In this document: positions 23,706 through 36,265 of the stretch, in pieces | Position numbering within the stretch: the first letter of the stretch is position 1 | Layout of the letters: each line of letters opens with the position of its first letter | NCBI RefSeq assembly: GCF_963921235.1 | Contig: NC_086108.1 | Location: forward strand, 76,200,001-76,264,000 | Length of the DNA stretch: 64,000 nucleotides | DNA from: Mobula hypostoma | Lineage: Eukaryota | Direction of reading: 5' to 3' | Position numbers and translations under genes: made by a program | Notes under the pieces: model-generated | Told to the model about the DNA's origin: nothing | The model's input: the letters and a program-made list of their open reading frames with translations, nothing else | Database searches by the model: none

Positions 23706-25587
23706 CAACAATCCCACAATTACAGTTCCAGAGAAATGTCATTAGACCCTGATGTGTGGAAATGTTTAATTTTTTTCTGTGTTTGCAACATGAGAAGTAC
23801 AATCCATTTTGCTTTACAGTCACATCTAAAAGTTCAATAATAGTGAAGGTTAATAATGTGTGAATACATTTGGGATGAGTGGCATTTATATATTTTTTCA
23901 AGATTGCTGGAAGTTTTTACACAGGAGATAAAAAATATATCATTCAGTTCGTTTGGCAGGTAAGAGTTCAATTTCTTTGATCAGATGTTGTGCATGTGTT
24001 GCCTATACTATAAAATTTCATTGCCTCTGTTACAGAGCAAACTTGACTAGCAAATCATGAAAATGAGATAGTACCCTGACACACTATTAAACAACAGTAT
24101 GGAAAGTATACTACGAAATAACTGTACTTCAGACCAACTTTTATTACAAAAGAATTTTACATGATAAGATTTGGTCAACATGTAGTTTTCATGAATGCCT
24201 GTTGTAGCAAAGGAATAATTAAATGAGTTAATTAGATTCAGTAACAGTTACGGAAGAACTAATTACATTGGACTGAAGATAAAGTTTGAACCAAGAATGT
24301 TATTCCTTTATTGATAACCAACAATCAACAGCTTCAACTGTTTGCTGACATGTTATCCGATCCTTTTTCTTTGCCCCATAAATTCCAAAAAGTTCACTTG
24401 AAATGAATTTTCCTCATCAATTTTCAAACATTCCTGTTACGTTAATGTGATAACTGTCATTGCAGGTCTCTCAACTTCCACCTCCACAAAAGAATAACAA
24501 CTTTTATTTTCCCTCTTTTACTACTTGAAAGCAATTTATGTAACAAAGCAATATAGAAATTTCTGAAAAATATGAGAGCAATCAAACACATTTTGAAACA
24601 TTTTACTTTAAAGTGAATTCCTCTTAGATTTCTTAGATATATAAAGAAAAATGTAAGTATATAATGGAGAATAGGAGAAAATGGAGAATTTTCCATTTGT
24701 ATAGTGAACACAAATATGAATGTTGCCACAAAGGATAAAAAAAGGCAAAGTATAGCCCCTGTCCAGCATCATTCTCTCTATAGGTGAGTTTCCAGCAGAA
24801 CTGCAGAGACAGGGCTAATCTGCCACTTCCAGGGAGTATCCAGGAAATCTGCAGAGCGTGGGGTAAAACCCTTCAGAAGTTTATTGCCTGGACACCTATA
24901 AACCACAATTCTAAAGAAAAATGGGTTGAGATGTGATTAAAAATAATACTTTTCCTTTTGATATTTTAGGATTATTGATAATTTAGAAAAATAAGCTTGT
25001 TTGTTGGGTGAAGGATAAGATGAAGCTTTCAAATAAAAATGGTACGTAATGCTATTCAGTGGCACTGTTGTACACTTTATGAGGCAATGAATATCTTAGT
25101 GTGATACTAATGTAATTGATCATTCCTGTATAATGAAACTAGTCCTTGCTTCTGACAACAGGTTACATGCTATATATGATTAAATAACTGTTCCCACTAT
25201 CTTCATGGGATTTCCAAAGCAGCAAGCCAAGTTTTTTTTTAGAGGTTAGATCCAGTTTGCTTGAATGTGAACCCCCTTCGTGCTAGTTCCTTCATTATGT
25301 TGGCAATATTCTTGCAGTCATCTGTTTGAGGAATAAAAAGTATTGATAGTTTCAGTTTTTGCAGTGTAAAGATAAAACAAGCACAGACTAGAACATTACA
25401 GAACAAATGAACCATGCGCTGAAATCCTGAGCGAATTATTTGATCAGAATTAATTACATAATTGCCAACACTGCCTCCAGATTGCAAGATGGCAGCTGAG
25501 GCACTTGCTGCTTCCTGAGCCAGTAACCATCTGTTGAGTGACAAACGGCCTTGGACTGTGGGAAGGAGCAGAGTCTTATTCAGAGCA

Positions 25588-25722
25588 GGACTGATGAAGA
25601 GTCTTGGTCCAATATGTCAATTGTTTACTCCCTTCCCTTGGTACTGCCTGACCTGCTGAATTCCTCCAGCAATTTGTGTGTTGCTCAAGGTTTCCAGCAT
25701 CTGGAGAATCTCTTGTGTCTTT
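25588..25722 (+). mobile_element. PLE 3' terminus with degenerate hammerhead and tail
   Basis: CTGATGAAGAGTCTTGGTCCAATATGTC...CTGCCTGACCTGCTGAATTCCTCCAGC...TTTCCAGCATCTGGAGAATCTCTTGTG. Confidence 0.75.
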
Positions 25723-27164
25723 GACGCTAGCATTTTGGGGTGCTGGTGGAGGATGTGGCAGGAAGAGAATTGAGTCTAATTTCTTTACCCGAAGAACTAT
25801 GCGTCACCAGGGATGGGAAAGAAGTAAGTAGTTTATATTGATCATTCAACACTCAGCAGGTAATAAAATGAACCTTGCCTTCCTCTACCCTTTAATTTGA
25901 TTCTTCTACTTGGTTTATCTTGAGATGGACACTGCCCAAAGCCAGAATCACATCTGGAGGGGAAAAGACTGAAATGTTAATAAAGATTATGTTACCTTTC
26001 TTTTCCAACTAGATCCTTCCTAATTCACAAGTGTTGCTTTCTTGAATTATTGTTCAACAGACAGTTTACTCCTTGCCTTAAGCTCCCTGCCTGACAATAA
26101 TTTCTGCTGTTTTTGTATTGATCTCCTGTAGAGTCGTAAATCCATTCATGGGCCGGCACATTTGATGTATTAACTGGTGACATTTACCTGTTCTTCGGTT
26201 TGGAAAGCAGCCAGATGGGTGCAACTACTCACTCAGCTGGAGACCTTCATTATGCTATTTGCTGGTTCCACTTTCTGCCATGGAGAGTGAGAAATTTTAC
26301 TGCCTTGTATCAACAGATGATCTCCAGTGCAGTGATCCAAGCAGTGTAATGGGAGGCTTGCAGCTGAATAAACCCCAGGTAAGCAATGGGGTCCTCAGTT
26401 CAGTGTAGGAAATGGAAGAGTGGGGAGGAGAAGGGAATGCACTGAAACAGCTGTAGCTTGTGAAACCTGTTATTGATAAGGTAGCAGTGGATGCAGGAGT
26501 TTTTTTAAAGTCATGAAGTCTTCAAAAAAGAGGGCACTACATTTACAGATTGGGGATAGAATACTTGACCACCCAATGTCTCTGAATAAAGTGAGTACCA
26601 ATATTCTACCTCCCATTCCTGCAGTAATGTAATACACAGACATGTAGTACATTAAGGTCCACTTCTGCCTAATACTTACATTGAAGATATCAAATATCTT
26701 TATTGGGTGAACAATATTTTTTTTATTGTTCCCTACCCTACGCCACCACCAAATTGACCTGCCTTTTGTTCGTGGGATTAATTGTTCAGTAATAGCTTTT
26801 CGGGACTTTGCCTTCAGATCCATAGATTTAACATACATACAAATATATATTTTGCATGAGCGAGACAGAAAAAAAGAGCACTGTCAACTTCCATAAAAGG
26901 GTGGACAGATTAATGATATTAACAAAATAGGAGCTGCCATTGAAAATTTGCTTAAACAAAACTCTATTCAAACCTCATTAAAAAAGGATTTGATTACACA
27001 GAGCTTCAGGATACGATCAAAATAAGTTATTGGGTTTAATACTGTAGAATAGCATTACGTGTATTAAGATTCATAACACAGGTTATAAAACATTTTGCTG
27101 TGTTCATAAACTGTGCAATGCTAGAATGCAGTGAGGAAATTTTTATTGCTATGTTCCTTATCAT

Positions 27165-27745
27165 TGAAGGAAATTCAAAGGGACCGCTTTGTCCAGCACC
27201 TTTGCTCTGTCTGCGTAAAAAGGTGGGATATCCTGGCAACCACCCATTTCAATTCCACTTCCCAGTTTCATTCCAACATGTTGGTCTTCAGCTTCTCTAC
27301 TGCCAGAATGAGGCCACGCTCGGGTTGGAGGAGCAACACCTCATATTCCACCTGGAACTCCAGTATTCTTCTCCCACCACCACCCTCTCCCTGTTTTCTA
27401 TTCCTCATTCCATTTCTCTCCCCCCCCAGCCCTTCTCCTCTTATCCAGTGCCCCTCCTATCCTTTTGTCCAAGGTCCTCTCCTATCAGATACCACTGTCT
27501 TTAGCTTTTACATCTTCCACCTATCATCTCCTAACTTATTTCATTTCCTCTCCTGCACACATGTACCTTCCCCTTCACCTGATTTCACCTATGACCTGCC
27601 AGCTTGTATTCCTCCTCTACCCTCCACCACCTTATCCTGGTTTCTTCCATCTCTTTTCTAGTCCTGATGAAGGGTCTTGGCCCATTCTTCATAGATGATG
27701 CCTGACTTGGAGTTCCTCCAGCATTTTGTGTGTGTTGTCCAAGTA
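27165..27745 (+). mobile_element. PLE 3' region: GIY-YIG remnant, pyrimidine-rich UTR, partial hammerhead
   Basis: DRFVQHLCSV, THFNST and NEATLGLEEQHLIFHL; AGTCCTGATGAAGGGTCTTGGCCC at 27660-27683 with its 3' half deleted. Confidence 0.85.
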
Positions 27746-27940
27746 TAGTTTGTTGCCTCTTAAGATGAAAAGCAAGTTTTGGGGTGCAGTGTCTTTAATG
27801 ATGGCATCATCAGCAAATATGTGACTGGCACAGTGGCGGGAGAGACTCAATCTCTATTAATTAATGAGACTTTGTCACTGCACATTTTGTGATCACCCGT
27901 TACTGCTTGGTAGGAAACATGCTAAACCTTTTTGCATATA

Positions 27941-28508
27941 CATTCAGTGGCTACTTTATTAGGTACGGGGAGTACCTAATAAAGTGGGCACTGAGTTGTA
28001 TTTCTGTATGTTCGTGGTCTTCTGCTACTGTAGCCCATCCATTTCAAGGTTCAACTTGTGTGTTCAGAGATGCTCTTCTGCACACCCTTGTTGTAACGCC
28101 AGGTTATTTGAGTTACTGTCACCTTCCTGTAAGCTTGAACCAATCTGGCCATTCTCCTCTGACCTCTCTCTCATTAAAAAGATATTTTTGCTCATAGAAC
28201 TGCTGTTCACTGTATTTTTATTTGTTTTTCATGCCATTCTCTGTACACACTGGAGCCTGTGGTGCATAAAAATCTCAGGAGATCAGTTTCTGAGATACTT
28301 AAAGCACCCTGTCTGGCACCAACAATCATTCCGCAGTCAAAGTCACTTAGATCACATTTCTTCCCCAGTCTGATGTTTCGTCTGAACAACAACTGAACCT
28401 CTTTATCATGTCTGCATGCTTGTGTATATTGAAATACGGCCACACGATTGGCTGATTAGGTACTTGCATTAACAAGCAGGTGTACCTAAATAAAGTGGCC
28501 ACTAAGTG
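27941..28508 (-). mobile_element. Non-autonomous Tc1/mariner derivative with transposase N-terminus
   Basis: TIRs of the CA(C/T)TCAGTGGC(C/T)ACTTTATTAGGTAC type at both ends, TA at the left flank; minus strand GKKCDLSDFDCGMIVGARQGALSISET...VYREW resembles the Tc1 paired-like HTH. Confidence 0.88.
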
Positions 28509-28877
28509 TGTATTTAAACATTTCACCTGTTGTATGCTAGAGTGTGCAGAAAGGCCTACTGAATTAAGATTAATTAGTACCTTGTTTTTTATTTTATGGT
28601 TAAATACATGGATGGCTGAAACACAATGTTTAGCAGGTATGGAGGAAAAGTTCATTCATCTTTCAGAACTGAAATGAATCTGCTGCACAAACGTCCAATG
28701 AAAAGATTTCTATTAACTGGTGTCCAAGCATGTTAGCTTACAGACTAATTTTAATGTTAATGAGGCATTAAAAAAAAAGATGCTTCTGGTGATTTACAAT
28801 TGCATCGAGTCCTGTTTTCAGTGTAAAGCTTCATCCAGCAATTGAAAATTACATAACAAAACCTGTCCTCATCAACT

Positions 28878-29205
28878 CTGGTGCAGCGGTTAATGCCCAG
28901 CCTCAAAGTTCCAGTGACCTGAGTCTAATCCTGATCTCAGATGCTGTCTGTGCAGCACTTGCAGTACTCTCTTTGTGATCACATTAATTACTCCCCGATG
29001 CTCCATGATTCAAAAATGTGTTGGTAGGTTACTTGGCTACTGTAAATGACCCCCCCCCCTTTAGCACAGGTGAATGGCAAAAAAATCAAAGTGAGTTGAT
29101 GAGCATGTGAGAGAGAATAGAGATAAAAGAAAATAAGATTAATGGAATTGGTCCCCTAGATCCAGCACAGACTTAATGGGCTGAATGGTCTCCTTTAGCA
29201 TTGTT
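28878..29205 (+). mobile_element. tRNA-derived V-type SINE (degenerate)
   Basis: TGGTGCAGCGGTTA A-box-like and GAGTCTAATCC B-box-like head, GTAGGTTACTTGGCTACTGTAAATGACCCC core, ATGGGCTGAATGGTCTCCT CR1-like 3' end. Confidence 0.6.
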
Positions 29206-29399
29206 ACAATCATACAGCAATGATCGTTTCCAAAAGACCTCTGAACATAATAGCTGAAAAATTTCTCCCTAAAACCAGAAGCTCCACTCATGAACCCTGA
29301 TGTGTTCCCTCATTTAACCATATCAAAATAACCTTTGCCCCCCCTTATTTGCTTACCTTACCTCTACTTTAAAATCACTGATACAACTTTCCTCAAGTA

Positions 29400-29715
29400 T
29401 AGCACAGAAAATTTTGGAGGAACAAAGCAGGTCAGGCAGCATCTATGAAAATGAATAAACATTTGATGTTTTGGATTGAAACCCTTCATCAGGACTGGAC
29501 AGGAAAGGGGAAGACACCAGAGTAAACGGGAGGAGAAGGAGGAGGACCACAAGAAGGTGATAGGTGAAGCCAGGTGGAATGGAAAGGGAAAGGGCTGGAG
29601 AAAGGGAAGAAGGAGAGGCACCAAGGAGAGGTAACAGGCCGGTGAAGAAAGGAGGTAAGAGGCCAGAGTTGGGAATAGAAGAAGAGGGAAGGGGGAGGGG
29701 AAAAGAAAAAAAAAG
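29400..29715 (-). mobile_element. PLE 3' terminus (older subfamily)
   Basis: GGAGGAACAAAGCAGGTCAGGCAGCATCTATG...GGATTGAAACCCTTCATCAGGACT, followed by the purine-rich antisense UTR. Confidence 0.8.
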
Positions 29716-29849
29716 ACTTAATTTACTAATCAATTATGTGGTGCCTTCCAGTAATCTGGAAAAATTACATCTCCCAGAACATCTATTTTATTTTTTGTTA
29801 CTGCTTCAAAAAAAAATTGGTCAAGCAAGACTTGCTTCTGAAATTTATG

Positions 29850-30945
29850 TGAACTAAAGGCAAAAGTAGTGAATGCATGGGATCAATGGTGAATTGGCTG
29901 TTTGGATCCAGAACTGGCTTGCCCACAGAAGTCAGAGGGTAGTGGTTGAAGGGACTTATTCTAGCTGGAGGTCTGTGATTAGTGTTGTTCTATAGGTATC
30001 TGTACTGGTACCTCTGCTATTTGTGATGCATATAAATGATTTGGATGAAAATGTAGATGGATGGTTTAGTAAGTTTGCAGCTGATATGAAGATTGGTGGT
30101 GTTGTAGAAGACTGGCAAAGAATAGAGCGGGGTATAGATCAGTTGCAGATATGGGCAGAAAAATGGCGGATAGAATTAACATGACCAAAGGTGAAGTGTT
30201 GCACCTTGGTAGGTCAAGAGTAAAGAGACACTGTTAAGGGCAAGACTCTTAACAATGTTGAGGAGAAGTGGGATCTTGGGGTCCAAGTTCATAGCTCCCT
30301 GAAAGTGGTTACATAGGTTTATTGAAGCTTCAGAAGGCATATGACATTCTTGCCTTTATTTGTGAAGGGACTGAGTCCAAATGTCAGGAAGTTATTTTGC
30401 AGCATTATGAAACTCTGGTTAGGGCTCATTTGCAGTACTGCATACAGTTCTGGTTGCCTCATTATAGAAAGAATGTCAAGGCTTCGGAGAGGGTCCATAA
30501 GAGGATTACCAGGATGCTTCCTGGATTAGAGGACATTTGCTATAATGAGAGGTTGGACAAACTTGGGTTGTTTTCTCTGGAGTGGCTGAGGGGAGATCTG
30601 ATGTAATATTAGGAGAGGTAGAAATAGAGTAGACAGTGTCTTTTACTCAGGGTTGAGATGTCTAAAACCAGAGGTCACGCATTTAAGGTGAGAGGGAGTA
30701 ATTTCAAAGGAGGTGTGAGGGGCATACACAGAGTAACTGGGTTGGTGGTATTGGTAGATAACAATGGAAACTTTTAAGAGTTGTTTTGATAGGCATAAGA
30801 ATATGAGGAAAATGGAGGGATATGGACATTGTGTAGGCATAAGGGATTAGTTTAGTTGGCCATTTCATTCCTAATTTATTTATTTCGGCCCAACATTGTG
30901 GGCTGAGGAGCCTGTTCCTGTGCTGTACTATTCTATATTTTATGT
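29850..30945 (+). mobile_element. CR1 RT and 3' end fragment (degenerate)
   Basis: WIQNWLAHRSQRVVVEG, SKFAADMKIGGVV, TLVRAHLQYCIQFWLPHYRK, RMLPGL and 3' UTR. Confidence 0.88.
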
Positions 30946-31561
30946 TCATGTCATATGCTGCTATGCTGAATTCTGTGCTGCACCCAAAGTTTGAGATTGG
31001 AACTGAATGACTTACAGATGTATATAATATCTTGCATTTCAAAACAGTGAAATATATACAAAGGGAATATTCCAGGTTTTCCATTTGCAAACTTCAGTGT
31101 TCAAAATCAGATACAATAGCTAAGAAGGGGAAAATGCCCCCATGTAGATTCCTCCTTTAAATGACAATGTATGGCTAAAAAATCTAAATAAAAAGCTACT
31201 TGCCATTGAACCTGTGGCTTGTTAATGCAGCTTTGAAGAACTGAAGAAAAAAACCTTACCAGCTTACATTTATTTTAATTTTACTGTGATTACGCAGTCC
31301 ATTATTGCCTTTGCTTCATTTCATCTGATAAACTATTGAATCAGTGAATCTTTTTGGAGCTACCCTTCCTGACTGGTTCATTGCCTATACCAAAGTTGTA
31401 ATTTATTCCATCTTAAAGAATGGATTTCTCCTGGTGAAAGATAATACTTTGGAGAGAAATGGAAAGCTAACTTAGGGGACATCAAAAAATTGTCTTGCTC
31501 ACAAATCAGCAAGCATTACTATTTAAATGCTTTCTACATTACAGTGAGGCAAATCCTTACT

Positions 31562-32290
31562 TTCAGGATCAGGTTTAGTATCACCAGCGTATGTCGTGAA
31601 ATATGCAATATATGACAATACAGAATAAAATAAATAAGTAAATCAATTACAGTTAGTATATATGTATATTAAATAGTTAAATTAAAAATAGTGCAAAATA
31701 ATAAACAAGTGAGGTAGTGTTCAAGAGTTCAGTCCATTTAGGAATTGAATGGCAGAGGGGAAGAAGCTGTTCCTGAATCACTGAGTGTGTGCCTTCGGGC
31801 TTCTGTACTTCATTCATGACAGTAACAATGCGAAGAGGACACCTTCTGGGTGACTGCCAACTAAATTAACCCCTTATGCCTAGACAATGTCCATATTCCT
31901 CCATTTTACTCACATTCTCGTGCCTATCAAAACAACTCTTAAAAGTCTCTGAGGTACCACTCCTTAGAGACGTTGGATACTTCGGAGCCTAGTACCCATG
32001 ATAGAGCTGACTAATTTTACAACTTTCTGTAGCTTCTTTTGATCCTGTGCAGTGTACCCCCCCCGCCCCCCATACCAGACAGTGATACAGCCTGTCAGAA
32101 TCCTCTCCACAGTACATCAGTAGGAGTTTGAGTGTTTCAGGTGACAAACCAAATCTGCTCAAACTCCTAATGAAATATAGTCGCTGTCTTGCCACCTTTA
32201 GAGTTCCATCGATATGTTGAATCCTCAGAGATCTTGACATCCAGGAACTTGGAATTGCTCAGTCTCTCTACTTCTGATCCCTCTATGAGG
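31562..32290 (-). mobile_element. Rex1/Babar-type LINE 3' fragment containing a short CR1 3'-UTR insert (about 31855-31950)
   Basis: KVARQRLYFIRSLSRFGLSPETL; antisense RNSFFPSAI; TCAGGATCAGGTTTAGT tail. The insert is antisense to 30770-30862. Confidence 0.78.
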
Positions 32291-32454
32291 ATTTTTTTTT
32301 AATGCCTTATCATCTATGGAGATTTTCTGTCTCTACTTCTTTAAGCCTTCAAAATTTGCTTAATTCAGTGATTTTTTTTTTACCTTTACCTCTAAGGATA
32401 AAACAAAATGACTTTTACAGAATGGATTCATTTTGCTGAAATGGGAACAAAAGC

Positions 32455-32983
32455 ACAAGGAAATCTGCAGATGCTGGAAATTCAAGCAACACACACAAAA
32501 TGCTGGTGGAACGCAGTAGGCCAGGCAGCATCTACAGGAAGAGGTACAGTCAACATTTCGGGCCGAGGCCCTTTGTCAGGACTAACTGAAAGAAGAGATA
32601 GTAAGAGATTTGAACCCCATCCCTCATTTATTTATCATTTTTCATTTTTTCCCCTTTCTTTCTCTCTCTTTCTCCTTCTGTCCCTCTCACTATATCATCC
32701 TCTGATGCTCCCCTCTCCCTTTCTTTCTCTTTAGGCTTCCTGTCCCATGATCCTCTCCCTTCTCCAGCCTTGTATCCCTTTCGCCAATCAGCTTTCCAGC
32801 TCTTAACTCCATCCCTCCCCCTCCTGTCTTCTCCTATCATTTTGGATCTCCCACTTTCAAATTTCTTACTATCTCTTCTTTCAGTTAGTCCTGACGAAGG
32901 GCCTTGGCCCGAAACGTCGACTGTACCTCTTCCCATGGATGCTGCCTGGCCTGCCGCATTCCACCAGCATTTTGTGTGTGTTG
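32455..32983. mobile_element. Palindromic PLE insertion with unequal arms and ~13-bp TSD
   Basis: Tail 32455-32486; inverted arms 32487-32614 and 32856-32983; TGGGAACAAAAGC (32442-32454) and TGGGAACATAAGC (32984-32996). Confidence 0.92.
32887..32922 (+). ncRNA. Minimal type I hammerhead ribozyme motif
   Basis: AGTC-CTGACGA-A-GGGCCTTGGCCC-GAAA-CGTC-GACT; intact core and a Watson-Crick stem II variant. Confidence 0.85.
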
Positions 32984-33088
32984 TGGGAACATAAGCGTTC
33001 CTTTATCAATAGATACATTTGTTACATTATGTTCAATAACCCCACACCTTTTACACAGCTGAAGAAATGACAACTACTGAAATTTTAT

Positions 33089-33167
33089 CCATATAACCAT
33101 AACCATATAACAATTACAGCACAAAAACAGGCCATGTCGGCCCTTCTAGTCCATGCCAAACTCTTAG
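33089..33167 (-). mobile_element. Short 3' end of the CR1 B family
   Basis: CCATATAACCATAACCATATAACAATTACAGCAC...GGCCCTTCTAGTCCATGCCAAACTCTTA closely matches 12707-12780. Confidence 0.85.
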
Positions 33168-34947
33168 TTTGCAATTGATATCTTCATGTAAACAAAGTAT
33201 TTAATTTAAACATTTATTAATTCTCCTTAGATTGTGAAGGACTTCTCTATCACCTGTTGATTCCCAACCTTCAATGCGCTAAAAACAAATTCCAGGTTAA
33301 TGTCATACTATACAACTGAATAACTAATTTTGGAAAATGCTGAGTAACTCTGCGATCTTATTAAAATGGATACCTGTGTTTCAATAAAGACAAGCAAGAA
33401 ATGAGTTTCATTGTTTAAACTGTTCAACGAGGTGATCAGCACTGCCATGAAGTTTGAAGGCCAATTGCAAGATTGGCTAACAGAGCAGTTGGAAAAGAAA
33501 TATATTTGCAGTTTGCTTAACGATTACAGCTTTGAATCTTATCCTTGACTAACATTTGCTTCACGTTCCTTATAAGTGGCAAATTATCAGAAGCAGCTGA
33601 GGTATCAGGTGTAGTATCAAAGGAAAAGGCATGGGGCTAAAAATTAGATCATGTAGTGCTGTTAATTCCAGGACCATGCAATTGCCAGCACAACTTACGA
33701 TAACAACTATTTACTGGCTGTGTCATGTCATTCCAAAAATTCAATCAGGCACTTTTTGGTGTAAATCATGTGTGTTCATGCATAAATGTTGTCATTGCCC
33801 ATTCAAATCTGCTTCTGGAGTGATGCCAGACAAATTAATCAAAGTAACCATAATAACTTCACAACGAAGTGGCAGACTAAATCGCTCATGGTACTTAATG
33901 ATCTTCCATTTCCCATCTATCTCCCCCTTCAATCCCAGACACCCATCCAGGCAATAAAACTGCAAGGTCCCTGACAAAGTTTTAGTTCAGCCACAGTGAC
34001 CATATCAGAACATCATCCCTCGACCCCAATCAGCTCTATAACCTCTGCCCTCTCTCCCCTCATTTGCCCCTTTTCCATGACTTGCTGAACTGGCCAACAC
34101 ATTTTGATTTGCAAAATTGTGCCACATCAGTTCAGTAGTAGCTGAGTCCTTGTGAGTTATGGAAGGGGTGGGCTTGTGACTGAAATGGCTGTGTGAAAAC
34201 TGCATCAATACTAAAAGACTATCATTTCTAGAAGATCAAGGGAAGAAGAATTTCCATCTCCTGTTTTAGTCATGAACTGCTGGTCAAATGTTTGATAGTT
34301 GGCATGGATGTGGTGAGTTAAAGGGCCTATTTCGGTCCTGCATGACTGTAGGCGCAGCAACAGATGTTAAATCATCCGCTTGTGTGTTGAATAGACTTCA
34401 GGTTGTGCCATCTGAGAAAGCTACAAAATGTACATTTTGACACATTTTGATGTTTTTTTTAAATCTGAGAAAACAAATACAGCAAAAATGCATTGCAAAA
34501 AAATGCTCTTTACAACTTAATGCTGGGTGGCTGCTTTGTACCCATTTGGAATTAATTTGAATTTTAAGGCAACCTTTTATTCAAAACTGTTTAAGTTCAT
34601 TAATAAATACTCTAATGGATCAAAAGATGTCAAGTGCTAGGTTAAAGCAAGGCTGTCCAGTTTAGAAGGAAGGAAACAATATTTAAAAATACTTAGAGAT
34701 GCCTTTAGCAAAGCAACGTGAATTGGGGAATGAAAATAACCTCCTTTACATGAAAAGCAATTTATTAAACTGTAAAATCCCTGAGCAATCCAATTGGAGC
34801 AAACCACAGAAATGTAAAAGGTGTAGAATGAACATCATATCCAGAGAAAGAATAGCTTGATTACTATTTTCATCGGTTGCAGTCATTTGTAAGATAAACA
34901 ACATCAGAGATTGAGATAAAGTTTGGGTATCAAAGAGAACTCTGCCT

Positions 34948-36265
34948 CTATTCAAATTCAGGTTTATTGTCATCTGACTGTACATATACAACCAAACAAT
35001 GTTCTTCCAGAGGATGGTGCACACACAAAACACACAAATACAGCACAGTAACCAAAATATTACCATAGATAAGTTAATAAAATATAATTCAAAATGTATG
35101 CAGCACAAGTAATCAGTACAGTAAACAGCATGCTGACCTAATGAGACCTCAGTGGTGGCAAAGTATTCATTAGTCTCACAGCATGAGGGAAGAAGCTGCT
35201 ACACAGTCTGGCAGTCATAGTCCTAATGCTACTGCACCTCCTTCCTGATGGTAGTGGCTCAAAGAGATTGTGGTATGGGTGGTGGGGATCCTCAACAATA
35301 CTTTGGGCCCTTCGATGGCAACACTCCTAGTAAATGTTACAAATAGGGGGAGGGAGAACCCGCTGACGGGACACTCTCAGTAGGGTTCCTGTAGAGAGTT
35401 GTTAGAATGGGGACAGGGAGCTGTGGGTCCAGGTTAGATTGTCCATTATGTGCACATCAAAGAACTTAGTGCTCTTCACTCTCTCCACAGCACAGCTATT
35501 GATGTACAATAGAGAGTGGTCAACCTTTGTCTTCCCGAGGTCTACAGTAAATCTCTTTCCTCCTGTCCACATTGAGACTCAGGTTGTTGTTCTCGTAGCA
35601 TTTGACAATCCTCTCAACCTCATCTCTGTATGCCGACTCATCATTTTGTTGATGAGGCCAGCCACTGTAGAATCATCGGCAAATCTGATGATGCGATTTG
35701 AGCTGAATCTGGGAGTGCAGAAGTGAGTCAACAGCATGAACAGCAATGGGCTGAGTACACAACCCTGGCGGGGGGGGGGCACCAATGCTCAGAGTGATGG
35801 AGCTTGAGACTTTGCAGCCAACTTGGACTGACTGAGGTCTGTATGTTAAGAATTTCAAGATTAAGTTCCAGAGAGGGGTGTTGAGTCCCAATGAGGATAA
35901 TTTATCCACCAGCCTCAGAGGGGTGATCCTGTTAATCACTGAGCTGAAGTCAATGAACGGCATCTTGGCGTACAGGCGTCATTTTCTAGTTGGGACCGAG
36001 GCTATGGCATCAACAGTACACCTGTTTGAGCGGTAGGCAAACTAGAATAGGTCTAATGGACCTAAAAGTTAGCATTTTATAGGATCCATTACCAGCCGTT
36101 CCAAGCACTTCACGATTGTTGAGGTCTGTGCCACTGCACGGTTAATGTTTAGGCTAGTCAGCATTGCTCTCTTGGGCACCGGAATGATGGTGGTGGCCTT
36201 GAAGCCTGCAGGGACAGTGGACTGTTTCAAAGAGATGTTACAGATGTCTGTCAAGACCTCCGCTA
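34948..36265 (-). mobile_element. Rex1/Babar-type LINE RT and 3' fragment
   Basis: [30 protein letters not shown] and [14 protein letters not shown] in ORFs 36069-36254, 35673-35963 and 35579-35785; TTCAAATTCAGGTTTATT tail. Confidence 0.88.

Noticed and set aside
28878..28945. tRNA-like A/B boxes (also near 56110-56197)
   Set aside because: They are SINE heads; I could not form a cloverleaf, so no tRNA gene is called.
30770..31950. About 95-bp inverted match between 30770-30862 and 31855-31950
   Set aside because: Both are 3' UTR pieces of the same abundant CR1 family, so independent insertions explain it.
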